In this document: in pieces, positions 39,717 to 55,515 of the stretch
Layout of the letters: each line of letters begins with the position of its first letter
How positions within the stretch are numbered: position 1 is the first letter of the stretch
Origin: Octopus bimaculoides
Taxonomy: Eukaryota
DNA length: 64,000 nucleotides
Assembly (NCBI RefSeq): GCF_001194135.2
Contig: NC_068999.1
Coordinates: forward strand, 48,846,837-48,910,836
Direction: 5' to 3'
Translations under genes and position numbers: made by a program
Notes under the pieces: generated by a model
The model's database searches: none
Seen by the model: the letters and a program-made list of their open reading frames with translations, nothing else
Told to the model about the DNA's origin: nothing

Positions 39717-41205
39717 AGTGAGAGCGAGAGACTCTGTCTCTCTCTCTTTGTGATTTCAATAGTATTAAATGACTGAAAGATAAATCTCTCTTTCCAAATA
39801 TGATTGATACGGTGGTTTGTTGCTGTTGTTGTTGTTGTAGTTTAGCCCCAGGTCAGATTAGATTTATATAACCAAAGGAGGCGCATGGCTTAGTGGTTAG
39901 GGAGTAACATTGTGGCCATGATCATAAGATTGTGGTTTCGATTCCTGGATGGGGTAATGCACTGTGTTCTTGAGTAAAACATTTAATTTCACTTTGTTCC
40001 TATATGCTATTTAAAATCACTGGTTTTATTTTCAATCTTGATGTGTGTCCTTCACACCCTGTAAATTTTGGTGGGTTGGGAGCAATTTAGTCCCCTGACC
40101 ACCTAACCATAAAACTGGTTGTGCTAGGTTATATGGTACCAGTAGCAGATAGAGCATGGCCTGACTTACATATTCTATCAGTCTCTTTTCTTGAACAGGG
40201 ATGTAAACAAACCAACAGTGGTTGTCAAGTAGTGGGTGAGGACAAACAAAGACACTGAGACGCACACACACTTGTGCGACAGGCTTCTTCCAGTTTCCGT
40301 CAACCAAATCCACTCACAAAGCTTTGGTCAGCCCATGGCTATTGTAGAAGACATTTGCCACTGGTTGTCAAACAGTGGTGGGGGACAAACACAGATACAA
40401 AGACACACATACACACACACATATTCATATACCTAAATATATATACAACAAGCTTCTTTCAGTTTCTGTCTACCAAATCCTCTCACAAGGCTTTGGTCAG
40501 CCCAAAGCTATAGTAGAAGACATTTGCCACACAGTAGGACTGAACCCAAAACCATGCGGTTGGGAAGCAAGCTTATGATGATGAATAATGGCTAGATTGA
40601 AGCTAGAGATTTCAGTACGTTTCCCCAGTACAAACTCAAGACTTTCAGCCAAGTGACACGAACTTTAATTATTCTGTGAATCTCAACTCTTTTAGCACTA
40701 ATGGTATGGAACCAGTCAAGAGGAAGAATACAGGAGAAGGATGGGTGGAGCGAGAGAGAGAAAGAGAGAGAAAAGGGATGTTAAAGAGTGAGAGGAGTAA
40801 AAATAAAAAAATGTATAGCAAAGCACACTAGTTCACATAAAGTAAAAGGAGGAGGAGTAATAGCAGATGTGGTGTAAGATTACTGGATATACCAATATTG
40901 GTTTAGTGCCAGGAAGAAAACAAAAATCAAAAGCAACCCTAAAAGAGCCCCAGAAACTTTTCAACATATGAAATGTGTTTCTTCAGCTACTTTTCAATGG
41001 TCTCTTGTTTGGAAGATGTCACTCAAGTTGCTACTTTTTACAGATATCACAATAATCCACACCAAATTTTTAAACATGGTTCAACTTTTTTTACTTTCTC
41101 TTTCTTTCCCTGTCTGTGTGTGTGTCTCTCTCTCTCTCTGCTCTCACCCTTGATTTCATGCCATCATCCTGACTTAACTTTAAACACATTGTCAAACACA
41201 CACAA

Positions 41206-41238
<33 letters not shown>

Positions 41239-44080
41239 TGCACCTACCAAAACATATCCAGACACAATTCACAAGAACACACATAAACACAAACATCCAA
41301 AACACATACTTTCAAAATAGTAAACTTAGATCAGAGATTGTGTTTCGTTTATCAACACAGACTACTTCCTATACAAACAAACACGCATGCATGCACACAC
41401 ACACACACACACACAGGAAGAAAAAGCAACAACAACAACAAACACCACCACCATGGCCAATATCTTCTGTACTTTTCAGTTCATCACCTGCCAAATCAGT
41501 TTCCTACATAATTTCCACTTGAGTCTGAAGATCAGAACACAACACATTGAACACAACACCCTGTAACCTACTCTGAAGAGCAACCCCTTCCTCTCTCTTC
41601 CCCACACTGTTCTATGAACAAGAAGATGAACGAGCATTAAGGGACAGTCTTAATTTGGGGCAGAGCTGGTGTTGGTGGTGGTGGCAGAGTTGATATTTAT
41701 TTGTTTTTGTTTTCATTGTTGTTGTAAGTAAGTGAATGCAGGGCTGACTTATAGAGAACAGAGAAGAGGTATTTGTTCAAACTATTGGAACTCCACCCTT
41801 GTAAGAGATGAAACATGGGGGAGTGTTTAAATAGGGTTGGAAAGGAGAATAACTGCTAACTGTATGGGTTAAAGGATGCTACAAGTTATGTCTATGTGAG
41901 ATCTAAATAGCTGGGCCTGACAACCAAACAAGGGGTAGGCAAAAATGTAAACCCTGACAAACACAAGGTCTGGGAGGTTAATTGATAGAAATGGTGAAAA
42001 GAGGGGGATACATTTTAACCCTTTATCATTCAGATTATTCTGTCAAATGCAATGCTTATTCATTCACCCTATTTTGAATTAATCATGTTATCTCAAAGCT
42101 CCAAGATTATGATGATATGACTGTTTATTTTCAGATTGACATTGTAGGGTATGTGTTAGAGGCCAGATCTGGCTAGTTATATTTGGGCTGGAAATGGCTG
42201 GTTCGAATCCTAAAGGGTTAAGGTAATGTGAGAAGAAATACTCTTAGGAGGGGTTTTAGTGTATGCATGCATTTTAGTGTGTGTGTGCGTGTGTGTGTAT
42301 ATGTGTGTGAAAGAGAGAGGGGGAGGGGGAGAGAGAGGGGAGAGAGAGAGAGGGGGAGAGAGAGAGAGAGTGAGAGAGAGAATATAGAGAGAACATGTGT
42401 TGTTGTTTAGTCACAGACCAGCCATGATCAAAAGTGCTCCAGCTTGGATAATTCTGCTCTTTTCATATGACAGAGATAGCTTTGACTGCTATTACTAGCA
42501 GGCTGGACAACTATGGGAAAGCTGCCTAGTTGACTCCAGAATCCCTCTTATATTTGATGTTTGGTAAAATGATTCATCTATTTCAAATTCATCAAATGTA
42601 ATTGCTTTATCATAAAAATTTGTTTGTATTTTTAATTTTAGCTTCAGCTGTCTCCAAAGAAATAATGCACTTAAATTATGCAAATGAGAGAGAGAAGGGG
42701 GAGAGAGAGGCAAGAGAGAGAGAAAGAGGGAGTGGGAGGGGGAAAATTTGGTCAATTAGATAAAGAAACCAGTGTTAGCATGGATCAGGTCGCGTTTAAA
42801 GAGGTGGATTTTCCATGGCTGGATGATTTTCCTGTCATCAACTCTTACCTGTTTCCAAGCAAGGAAATATTTCTTCCATGACCAAACATGCTTTCAAAGA
42901 ATACATTCACAACAGCCATGAGAAGTGAACACAAAGCGACACAAGCATACACTCACACACACATATATCACAGGCTTCCTTCAGTTTCTATTGACCAAAT
43001 CCTTTCACAAGGCTTTAGTCAGCTCAGGGCTATAGTAGAAGACACTTGTCCAAGGCGCCACGCAGTGGGAATGATTCCGGAACCATGTGGTTGAGAAGCA
43101 AGCTCCTTAACTACAGAACCAAGTCTATGTCTTTTCATAAAATTATGATGACAAGTTCTGTCACAAACATATATTCACACACATATGTGCATTTGTGAGT
43201 GAGTTCATTTATGAGAATTACTTGCGTAACAATGTGATTTTGTAGCAAGTTTTTCTTAAAACACATCGTATTTAATACAATATAGAAAACTCATGTTTGG
43301 TGAATAAATTTAATGACAAGATTTACAAAAATAAAAAAATAAAATTCAGTGAATCTTTTACAATGTTGTTGGTACATCATAACGAATAACATTGCCAAGT
43401 CTCTATTTACTCCTTCAATCATATATTTTCAATGTCTCACACTTGTTATTAAGAATTCATCCAGAGACTATAGCGCAAGAAGAAGAAGAAGAAGAAGAAG
43501 AAGAAGAAAACAGCAACTAAAAGCTGAGAAATGGTTTTTTTTTTTGTCTGTGAAGCAAAACACAAAGTACTGCAAGCAAACAAATCTGCTTAAGTCATCA
43601 TGTCACACGGGTATCCCACAATGCATACAAACTGTCACAACAGGGGCAGAGCTAACATTCACCTTCAATTGTGTGTGTGCCTATTGAGAAAATGAGAAGT
43701 AAATGAAGATTATACTTCCATGATCTTCTGCTATCTATAGCTTTGATTTCTTCTTCCCCCTTATTACAATTATTATTATTATTATTATTGTTGTTGTGGT
43801 TGTTGTTGTTGTTTGCAAGATGGATGCATTCTGTTTTTATGATCTTTGCTCTCATGATTAGAGAGGCTGAGTGAGATGCAATTAGGCGGAGGATGATTAG
43901 GAGGAAAGTAGATAGGTCACATCTAAGAACATTGGTGATATGAGAGGAGATGGGAGACGAAGCTAGACCAAGATGGCTGGAGAATAATAATACTATATTG
44001 CTGACCTGTCTAGTTTCTCACTCCCTCTGCTTCATGAGTGCACATACACGGGGACACACAGAGATTTCTATGTGTGTTTG

Positions 44081-44122
<42 letters not shown>

Positions 44123-45253
44123 TGTATGTATGTATATTTTTGTTATGTAAACACACACACAGGTATGATGTGTGTTTATACAGATGTGCACATACACATG
44201 TATACTGAAAGGACACAGATGAAAGACACTTAAGAATGTCACAGGATGTTATGGAAATGATGTTTCATGGCATGGTCAAGGCTAGAATATTTGTTTTCCT
44301 CCTGTCTTTTCCCTAATATTACTACTATTACTACAATCATTATTATTATTATTATTATTAATATTATCATCATCATCGTCATCATCATCATTCAATACTC
44401 ACTGTTATTAATGTTGTGGTGGTGGGGGTGGTAGGAGAGAGAGGAAACAATTGGTAAAAAAAAAAAAACAAGAAAGATGGTTCCAAGCAACAATGGTTAA
44501 AGATTTTGAAATGGCATAAAACAGAATGAGAAAAGCAGGATGGGGAGGGGAAAAAACAGAAAAAGCAGATAACACTAAAAAAACAAAAACAAAACAAAGC
44601 AAACAAAATGACATTAAAAAAAAATGAAAAGAAAGTAAATAGAAAAGAAAACAAGGCCAAAGAGACAATAACAAGTAACAGGGAAATATAAATAGTGAAG
44701 ATGAAGAAGACATTAAGAGGACATTAGAAACAACTGGCATCTTAAAGACAACATTTGACAAGAAGAGAATTGAGGAAAGAGAAGAAATGGAACAAAGAAA
44801 AGTGTCAGGAAATGGCTTGAAGATATATACACAGAGGGACACCACATATACACATACGGACATATACAGACATATATATATATATATATATACAAACACA
44901 CACACACAGAAACACATATACATAGACACACACACATATTTACATATATATATATTACATATATTCACGCACACATATATACATACACATGTACACAAAT
45001 ATAAAACAATATACTTACATAAAGAAATACACTTGCAGACACGCAGTGTGAGTTTGTGTATGTATACACACACATAAACACGCACACATATATATACATA
45101 CATACATATATATACACACACATATATATATATATATATATACATATATATATACACATATATATACATATATACATACATATATACACACACATATACA
45201 CACACACACACACATACATATATATATACATATATATACACATGTATATACAT

Positions 45254-45292
<39 letters not shown>

Positions 45293-48214
45293 CACATACA
45301 CAAACAGATTTAAATGTATGTATGTATGTATGTATGCAAATACAAAAACCTTCACGAATGATGTAGAAAACAACTGAACAGATGCACTTGTACATATCCA
45401 TACATCAATATATACATACATACATACATGTCTTGACGAATGTCTACATTTAAAGGTGTGCATACATACCTCATTTTGTCTGCGTACCCTTTGGCGCTAG
45501 CTTTCTGTGAGTTGAGGTAGTACGCGGTGACAGCAAGAGCAATCAGAAGAATGATGACACAAGCACATCCGACAGCAATGTAGAACAGGTAAGTGGAAGA
45601 ATTGATGTTGTTTACTTTATCAGAGTCTGATGGAGCTGAGGACAAGAACGAGGGGGGAAAAATATTAATAAAAAGAAAAAAAATAAATGAAATGAAATGA
45701 AATAAAAACAGAATAAATAAAGAGATGAATGAGTGTATAAAGTGAGAGTAAGGTGGTGGAGACATAGTAGAGATGGTATATAAAACAGGAGGGTGGAGGG
45801 GAAGGAAGGAAGGAAGAGAGATGGATGGTTGGATAGATGGATAGGCAGAAAGACAGTCAGATAGATAAAGAAATGAATAGATGGTCACACACACAAACTG
45901 ACAGTCGGATGGATGGACAGACAGACAGATAGGGAAAGTGAAGGAGAGAGAGAGGTAGAGAGAGATAGACACAGAGTGGGGAGAGAGAGAGAGAGGGAGG
46001 GAGAGATGCAGTTGTTGAATGTATTGGTGTTGTTACTCTTCTATTCCTTTACTTGATTCAGTCATTGGACAGCAGCCATTCTGGGGCACCACTTTGAAAG
46101 GTTTAGTCAAACAAATCAACCCCAGTGCTTACTTTTTTTCAATCTGATCCTTTCTCTGTTACATGTGTGTGTGTATGTGTGTGCTCATGTTGTTGTTGTT
46201 GTTGTTATAGTTATTTAGCCCATGGACAACCCTGATCCAGCAGTGGCCATCTTTCTTCATTTCCAGTTATAACTCTAGGACTCCATTGACCAATGTACTT
46301 CATTTATTTCAAATGGTTGAGTTTGACCGAGTAATTTTTGGCTGCTACTTCTAGCAAGCTCCCTCTACCAGGATTGACAAAATAAGTATCAGGAGCTAAT
46401 TCAAACAACTAGACCTTGTGCCCCTTACAACCCCTTTCACCTTCCCTATGCATTACAAATTTTGGCTTTTTGCCTTATCAAAACAAAGCCAAAATATTGC
46501 TTACCTATGAAAAGATTAAACCAACACCCAGAAATGCAGTTTATTTGTTGGAAATCTGTTCTGGAAGTTATCCTCAAACAAGAATCAATAAATAGAGGAT
46601 CTACAGCTGATTCTGGCTGACACGTTCCCCCTTCTACGAAATATAGTTATCTGCCTTATCATCTACAAACATAAAATTTTACACATTCCCAATGAGGCAA
46701 TGCAGGAGCTGCTAGACTGTCATTGAAACTGGAAGAAATAGTTGTCAAAACTTCCCTCAAATTGCAATTACCATCTTAAAAAAAAAAAACCATTTTGAAT
46801 AATGTGGTTCTATTTTATCTAATGTGAAAATAAGATGGAGTGGTCATGACTAGATTGCTTTGATCACAGACATGCTCAATCAAGGTTGACCAGGAGCTAA
46901 ACAACATTAGCAGCAGCCTGCTCNNNNNNNNNNTGACCCCCCCCCCAGTTGGAACCTTTTGTTTGTGAAATAACCTGTCATGGCAATGGATCTTTGTACA
47001 TAAATCAATGAACACAAGAGACAGAGGCAGGCAGTCTGCTCCATGTCACAAAGTGTTTCACAACAAACAGAAGACTTAGATGCTTTCTTATCTTGTCAGC
47101 AGTACATTTCAGTATGTGAACTGGTTTGTTTCCTCCATACAAATTTAACAAACATGTCATCAGATATTTGTCTCTACTACATCTTGCTTCTTCCTCACCA
47201 TCACTTTCACTTTCACTTTATCTATCTATCTATCTATCTAGATAGATAGACAGATAGACAGACGGATAGATAGATAGATAGATAGATATCTTTTACTTGT
47301 TCCAGTCATTAGACTGTGGCCATGCTGGGGCACTGCCTTGAATAATTTTAATCAAATGAATCGACTCCAGTACATATTTTGTTTTTTAAGCCTGTTGGCC
47401 TCTTTTGCTGAACCGCTAAGTTGTGGGGATGTAAACACATCAACACTGGTTGTCAAGTGGTGGTGGGAGACAAACAAGCAGAAAGACACACACACACACA
47501 CACACACAGAGTCAACAGGCTTCTTTCAGTTTCTATCTACCAAATCCATTCACAAGGCTTTGGTCAGTCTCTCCCTCTGTACTGTTTCTGTATCTCAAAT
47601 TTCACTCACAAGGCCTTGGTGAGCCAAAGGCAGCCATGGTAGTAGAGATTCACACAAAGTCCCAGACAGTGGGATTGAACCTGAAGTGACGTAGTTGGGT
47701 TGTGCAGAGAGTTTCTTAACCACACAGCCATCTGAAGAAGACTTTTGTCAACACTGGTGTCCCTACAGTACAGACTCACTTCTATTTCACCAATAAATCA
47801 ATAAACGATAGCAAAAAATCGAATAAACAAATAAACGAATAAAACAAATGATAGGAGGTGAGGTGGGAGGAAGAACGACCTAAAGCAATAATAATTATTG
47901 AAACCAAATACCTCTTCAAGCAGAAAGATTACATAGGGTAAAGCAAGACGCTGGGGCATTTGCAGCCAACACCAACCACAAGCCCCTCCACCATGTAACC
48001 ATACACTATCTTACATGCACGTATGAACACTCAGAGACACTCACATGTACATACCCATACACACACATACATGTGTGTGTATGCACCACACAGATACTCA
48101 AATACACACGAGATACCTATATGTGAAACTATACAAACACATTAACTCTCACACACGCATATATTACACACACGAGTATGTGTGTATATGCACTTTACAA
48201 AATGTGCAAACAGT

Positions 48215-48250
<36 letters not shown>

Positions 48251-49086
48251 CACACACACACGCACACACATACATACATGTAAAGACTTTCAAACAAAAA
48301 CACGTGGAAGATGAAAGAAAGGAATCGGTTAAATACAGGTTCCTCTCCTCCCTCATCACCAAATATCTTAATATCTCCTTATCTCTTTCGTAAGCCCTCA
48401 TCCCCATCGCAACTGCCCTGTCTCCTATTATCTGACCATCTACTATCTTCAGTTTTCCTCTTCCACAGGATGACCTCCACTGACCATATGCGAGGCTCTT
48501 CCACCCAACACTCATCACCCACTTCCATCACAGCTGGATGCTCTTCCTAATGCCAACAACTTTACAGAGTGTACTGGGTGCTTTTTACGTAGCATCAGGC
48601 ACCACCACCAGTTCTTTTTTATGTGGTATCAGCACCAGTGCCTTTTATATGGCACCAGCATCCACACCAATGCTTTATGCATGGCACCTGAGTCTCTTGA
48701 GTACAGCATTGCACCACATGTCTCAGTCCTCTGTTATCTCCTTCATAAGACTCAGTACTTACATATATATATATCACGTTAGAAAATCATTCAAGTGAGG
48801 TTGTTGCCAGTGCCGTTGGACTGGCTCCTGTGCAGGTGGCACGTAAAAAACACCATTTTGAGCGTGGCCATTGCCAATACCATGTGACTGGCCCTTGTGC
48901 CGGTGGCACGTAAAAGCACCCACTACACTCTCGGAGTGGTTGGCATTAGGAAGGGCATCCAGCAGTAGAAACTCTGCCAAATCAGATTGGAGCCTGGTGC
49001 AGCCATCTGGTTCACCAGTCCTCAGTCAAATCGTCCAACCCATGCTAGCATGGAAAGAGGACATTAAACGATGATGATGATGATGA

Positions 49087-49120
<34 letters not shown>

Positions 49121-51467
49121 CTATCTGTCTTCCTCTTTATTTGTCTTTCTAACCTTTACTATCTATCCATCCACCACACACACATAATGGACATCTATCT
49201 ATGACTGCCGGTCAATCTATCCATTTATACGACATGTCTGCATGTTGTTCAATATCTGTGCGTATGTCTGCCGGTATCTGTTTGTCAGTCTGTATCTGTT
49301 TGTCTGTCTCTCATACTTTTTTTTGCTTACTATAATGAATTAAGAAAAATTAAAGAGAGAGAGGTCAGAGGAAGGAGAGAGAGAAAAGAAGGGAACAGTT
49401 TGATATAAATAGAAACTTAGGCACAGGGTATGTCCTGAATGTGTGTGCGCAGGAGAGGAGGGAGCTCTGTCGAGCTCTGAAGCCCTACTCAGAATACAGC
49501 AAAAGCAAGATGATAAGGATATCAAGGCATTTATCATCCCTATGTTTTTCTTTTACCAACCTCCCCTACTATCTCATACAATATCTCCCTTTCTTGCTAT
49601 CATTTGCCTACCCAAAGCTCCCATCACTTCTCTCTGAAGAAAACAGCATACACTGCCCACCTTTTTTTTTGTTGTTTTTCTTTTTTTTCTCAGTACTTAG
49701 ACCCTCCTTATATAAAAGGAAACAGAATATTATGTTGCTTTTACTTGAGAGTAAAGTATATATATATATATATATATATATCTGCTATGCTGATGTACCT
49801 GTTGTGTATAGGTATGTATGAATCTGTGTGCTTCTTTGAATGTATGTGTACATGCATAATATTATCTCTCTCTCTCTCACACACGAATAATTAGTTGCTG
49901 AGCACTCTCAATGAATAATTGCCCTGATTAGATAAATATTAAGATGTGCCTAGTGAGACTCTCATGTACCTTGTTACTGTATATACATAAATGTATATAT
50001 ACTTATACAGATATGTGTATGTGCATAATTATATACATACATACATACACATATATATTTATACAAGACATATAAAAGGGGAAAGACAGATGTATGTATA
50101 TGGCTATGATTATATACAAGTGAAAATCTATGAATGTCATATGTGTATATACACATGCATACACACATACTTACATACATAGACACACACACATAAAGCA
50201 TACACAACGTTACATATGTACACGTAAATCTACATAAGTGTTTACATACATATATGAATAAAGATGTTATCTAGGGCACACACACACAAGTTACATACAC
50301 ACACCAATATATATATATACGCAATCATACATATATATACATCCATAATTTTAGCTCTAAAGCTATGTGAAAGTTATAACTGCCATAAAAGGCCTGCCCT
50401 TGATCAGCAAAGAGAGAAACAAAACAAAACGAAGCACAACTCTGTTACAGTTGGGAAGCATGTTGCTACGATGGGATCCCTAACCACAGAGGAAAGATAG
50501 ATCAAGTGATATCCCAGCAGAGGAAAGATAGATCAAGTGATATCCCAGCTGGCTGTCTGGCTGGCTGGGCTTGAAATTGGGTTTCTACATTTTTCGAAAG
50601 GCTTAGTCTTATGGCTAACGACGAATGAGTTGATGTAATGACTGGTCATCGCAGCAATAGAGATGTGCCATGAATATCTTTCTTGTTGGCTGTGTTGTTT
50701 CTTCTTTCATGGATCTTGCAGCACCTCTTACACACACACACGGAATCATATATTGCTCATCACTGTCCTATGTCCACTTCCCCATGCTGGCATTGGTTAG
50801 ATGGTTTTTCTGAGACAGTATTTTACTGCCAGATGTCCTTCTTGATGCTAATCCTTTCAGCTGGTAGATATTGATATTTTGCCATTATTGTATCTTATCA
50901 GTACCATGTATTCTGGATCGTCTCGAAACAGTGAATCACTAGTCGGTGACTTATATGCAAATACCCAACCTTCTGAGTTCTTTTACAGGGATTAGAAAAA
51001 CTGAAGGGCCATTGCAATCAGTGTGTGAATCTCAGAGGGGAATATGTAGGATATTTTCTTTTAACCATAGTAGCCAGGAACTTTTCAGCACACCTCTTTG
51101 TATGTGCGAGCGGTAATGTTTACATTGCTAGAGCTGTTGCTTTAAATTTATACATTTAACTTTCTTTCAGATATGTTACACTGCAGCAAATCAGGAAACA
51201 GATTTCACTCTGTTTGCAAATAAGCCAGAGACTAGAGATTCACTTCGTCTTGGGATGATCCAAGTACATGCTAATGATCAGCCACAATAATTGTGAAATA
51301 TCAGTATCTACCATTCTTGGTGATTTCACAGTGAGATTTCTCACCTGATCTGTGATATTCAGGTGTTCATTAACATGCGGTACCATGTAGGGAGCTTGCC
51401 GCAGATGGTATCCTGCAGCAAATTTGGCATATAAACAAAACACATACACTATGTATATGCAACCAAT

Positions 51468-51530
<63 letters not shown>

Positions 51531-51533
51531 TAT

Positions 51534-51566
<33 letters not shown>

Positions 51567-52838
51567 TGTATGTATATAAAATAATTATTTTCTGCTAATA
51601 TACAAACACAAANNNNNNNNNNNNNNNNNNNNNNNNNNNNNNNNNNNNNNNNNNNNNNNNNNNNNNNNNNNNNNNNNNNNNNNNNNNNNNNNNNNNNNNN
51701 NNNNNNNNNNNNNNNNNNNNNNNNNNNNNNNNNNNNNNNNNNNNNNNNNNNNNNNNNNNNNNNNNNNNNNNNNNNNNNNNNNNNNNNNNNNNNNNNNNNN
51801 NNNNNNNNNNNNNNNNNNNNNNNNNNNNNNNNNNNNNNNNNNNNNNNNNNNNNNNNNNNNNNNNNNNNNNNNNNNNNNNNNNNNNNNNNNNNNNNNNNNN
51901 NNNNNNNNNNNNNNNNNNNNNNNNNNNNNNNNNNNNNNNNNNNNNNNNNNNNNNNNNNNNNNNNNNNNNNNNNNNNNNNNNNNNNNNNNNNNNNNNNNNN
52001 NNNNNNNNNNNNNNNNNNNNNNNNNNNNNNNNNNNNNNNNNNNNNNNNNNNNNNNNNNNNNNNNNNNNNNNNNNNNNNNNNNNNNNNNNNNNNNNNNNNN
52101 NNNNNNNNNNNNNNNNNNNNNNNNNNNNNNNNNNNNNNNNNNNNNNTAATGGAAACATCTAGCATCATAATTTTGAAATATCTATAAAACCGTCAAAAGC
52201 TTGTTTATTTTTATGTTTTTTGACTTGTTATTAGTGTTGCTTAATATGTTTTGCTAAAATTGCTGTTTCTTTTCAGATATCATCGGAAAAAGGTAATCAA
52301 AATTCATTAAAATGACAGATCTATCGGATTTTCAAAAACAAATGTTGCAAAGCATTTAGAGTGGAGAGTAAAAACCTACAGAATTGGTCCCTAGAGCAGT
52401 GGAAGAATGTTATTTTCTCAGACGAGTCATCCTTTACCTTATTTCCAACCACTGGCTGAGTATATGTGTGGAAACAGTTAGATAGATAGACAGATAGATA
52501 TGTAGACTGATAGACAAAATATAGATAGCTAGACTAATAGATAGATAGATAGATGGAAAAACAGACTGACAAATGTACAGATAGATAGACAAATGAGGTA
52601 AGAGTTGAGCAAACTTGCAAAAGGGGGCCAGTTAAGAAGCTTTGCAGAATTTCTGTATCAGTTGTAAAATGAAATATCAGTAAGGGTAAAGATTCTGCTT
52701 TGCAATCTTTGCTTACAGAAAGAGGTCAACAATATGAGTACACGTAAGACTGTAAGACTGACGGGGGAGTGGGGGGATGTCAATCAAAATTATTGTGCCT
52801 CCGTCGTTTTCTAAAGTACCCATTACATTTAAGCTTGA

Positions 52839-52872
<34 letters not shown>

Positions 52873-53352
52873 GAACACACATCTATATTAAATATAAATG
52901 ACAGGTGACATTAAGGTAAAAATCAAAAAAAAAAAAAATCAAATAAAAACAAATGAAGAAACAAAAATAACAAGTAAGCTGGCAAACAAGCAGCAGAAAA
53001 AATTCTAAAAATTGGAAATATTCAGAGAATTCTTCAGACAGAATTCCACTGACTTTGTTGTGATTCTTTTTATTTAGTCTCCTCTCCTCCTCCTCCTACA
53101 TCTCACCGTCATCATTGTCATGGACCTCCGCCTCCTCCTTCTGAAATGTGGGTGGGAAAGGAAGAGGTGAGGAATACCACTGTAAGAAATTGACAATCAC
53201 AGAGTAGTAAGGATTCCAAAGCACAGAAGACTGTGGAGGTGGAGGTGGAGGGGAGGGGGAGAAAGGCTGTGGTAGTGGGGGGAACGGGAAATGCAAGTTT
53301 TGAAGTAAGCTATCTATATGGCTCCTTGAAGGTGACTCATGCAAATATATAT

Positions 53353-53399
<47 letters not shown>

Positions 53400-54587
53400 N
53401 NNNNNNNNNNNNNNNNNNNNNNNNNNNNNNNNNNNNNNNNNNNNNNNNNNNNNNNNNNNNNNNNNNNNNNNNNNNNNNNNNNNNNNNNNNNNNNNNNNNN
53501 NNNNNNNNNNNNNNNNNNNNNNNNNNNNNNNNNNNNNNNNNNNNNNNNNNNNNNNNNNNNNNNNNNNNNNNNNNNNNNNNNNNNNNNNNNNNNNNNNNNN
53601 NNNNNNNNNNNNNNNNNNNNNNNNNNNNNNNNNNNNNNNNNNNNNCATGGCCGTATGGTTAAGAAGTTTGCATTGTGACCATGTGATTCTGGGTTCCATC
53701 TCGCATCTTCACAATTTATAAAATTCTGTCTCAGCAAAGTCTCACTTGGCCCATCCTAACATGGTAAAGAAGCCAATTAAAAAAATGACGATGATGGTGA
53801 TGAGATATATATATATATATATATATATATTAAATCACATTTATTCATGTTTGTATATCCACTTTTGTGTTGCATATCAATTCATTTATTGCTTGTTTGT
53901 TCTTGTTATGTTTTGGTCCCATTTCCCGGCAGTTTTTTTGTTGCTGGCGCCACTGGAAAGGAATCAATATTATCACTAAAGGTATGAAACTACGTTTGAT
54001 GGGCTTCTTTCAGTTTCCGTCTACCAAATCCACTCACAAGGCTTTGGTTGGCTTGAGGCTATAGTAGAAGACACTTGCTCAAAGTGCCATGCAGTGNNNN
54101 NNNNNNGAGGCTATAGTAGAAGACACTTGCTCAAAGTGCCATGCAGTGGGACTGAACCCAGAACTATGTGGTTGGGAAGCAAGCTTCTTACCACACAGCC
54201 ACACCTGTACCTAAACACAGCCTTCTGCATTTATTATGTCTTTTACCTTTTATTTATATATATATATTTAAATCTTGTTGTGTCTTGGGAGGGTAATTAT
54301 GTCAATAATAACATGCGCACTGGTTCAATATCACTTCATTATTGTTAGTCAATTGGTTAAATCAACTAACTGATTGTTTGTTTAATATGCTGGTTGAACA
54401 ATCAATCAGTAGTTTGTTTGTCAAGGCCCTTTCATTGCTATTCGTGACCTCATCAATGACATACCCTCACTTCATTTTCTGGGTTAAGTCCATCTGAGAA
54501 TTAGTCTTATGTCCGTGAAAATGTACGCCTGTATGTAGATATGTGTTTGTTTACAAGAGAAGGGAAGGTTTAGAGTAAATGAAGAGC

Positions 54588-54650
<63 letters not shown>

Positions 54651-55476
54651 ATGTGTGGCTGTGTGTGAACGAGAGAAAAAAATGGAAAACAAGACAAGCA
54701 ACACAAAGAACGACCTTTCATCCCCATTTCGAGCAACCAAATATACGACAGGCTTCTTTCAGTTTCCGTCTACCAAATCCACTCACAAGGCTTTGGTCAG
54801 CCTGAGGCTATAGATGTATGTATATTTTTAAGAATACGAAAGGTAAACAGGGAGAGAGAGAAGGAAAAAGAAAGAAAGAACCCCCCCTCACACACACAAG
54901 AAGCAAAATCGGAGAGTTTGTTTGGCAATTATTTACTTATGTTTCAGTGAAGACTGTAAGGCTGAATTACATAAGGCGAGTATTACGTAATTATTACCTC
55001 TTCACTGAAACAAATGTAGAGTTGAAACAAGTAAATAATTTCAACAGAAACTCTCCAGTGTTATTTGCTCTTTGTATATTCTGTGATCTTTGTAACTATG
55101 ACGACCAGTTCCAGGAAATTTTTGCATACATACATACATGCATGCACACAAACTATACAAAATGCTTAATGTATACATATCTACTTCTTTCTCTCTCTTT
55201 CTCTATACACACACACACACACATCCGCTTTCCATACTGGCATGGGTTGGACTACATACATATGTGCATACACACACACACACATATATATATACACATC
55301 TTAATGTATTAAGTTTGAATATGTAAAAGTTTTCTTTAACTTAATTACATTGCAAATATTAGGTGAGGTTACTGATATTTTCTGTTTCTGTGCACACATA
55401 CACACACACACACACACTCACACATGCAAGCATGCACACACAGATAGCTTTCACACTCCCTTACATATAATGACAG

Positions 55477-55515
<39 letters not shown>

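Noticed and set aside
44408-45463. Long YIYI, VCVC and THTH ORFs here and throughout, and X-filled ORFs
   Set aside because: Translations of dinucleotide microsatellites or N-gaps.
50487-50548. Perfect 31-bp tandem duplication
   Set aside because: Only two units in intronic sequence; ordinary slippage, not CRISPR-like.
53107-53140. 34-nt minus-strand segment with good splice sites (catttcag|AAGGAGGAG...GACG|gtgaga)
   Set aside because: In the incoming phase 1 it reads EGGGGGP*; it is open only as phase 0-1, needing an unseen partner, and it lies in low-complexity GGA sequence. Kept only as a weak cryptic exon.
54055-54150. Direct repeat of about 42 bp on either side of a 10-N gap
   Set aside because: Typical overlapping contig ends; assembly artefact.
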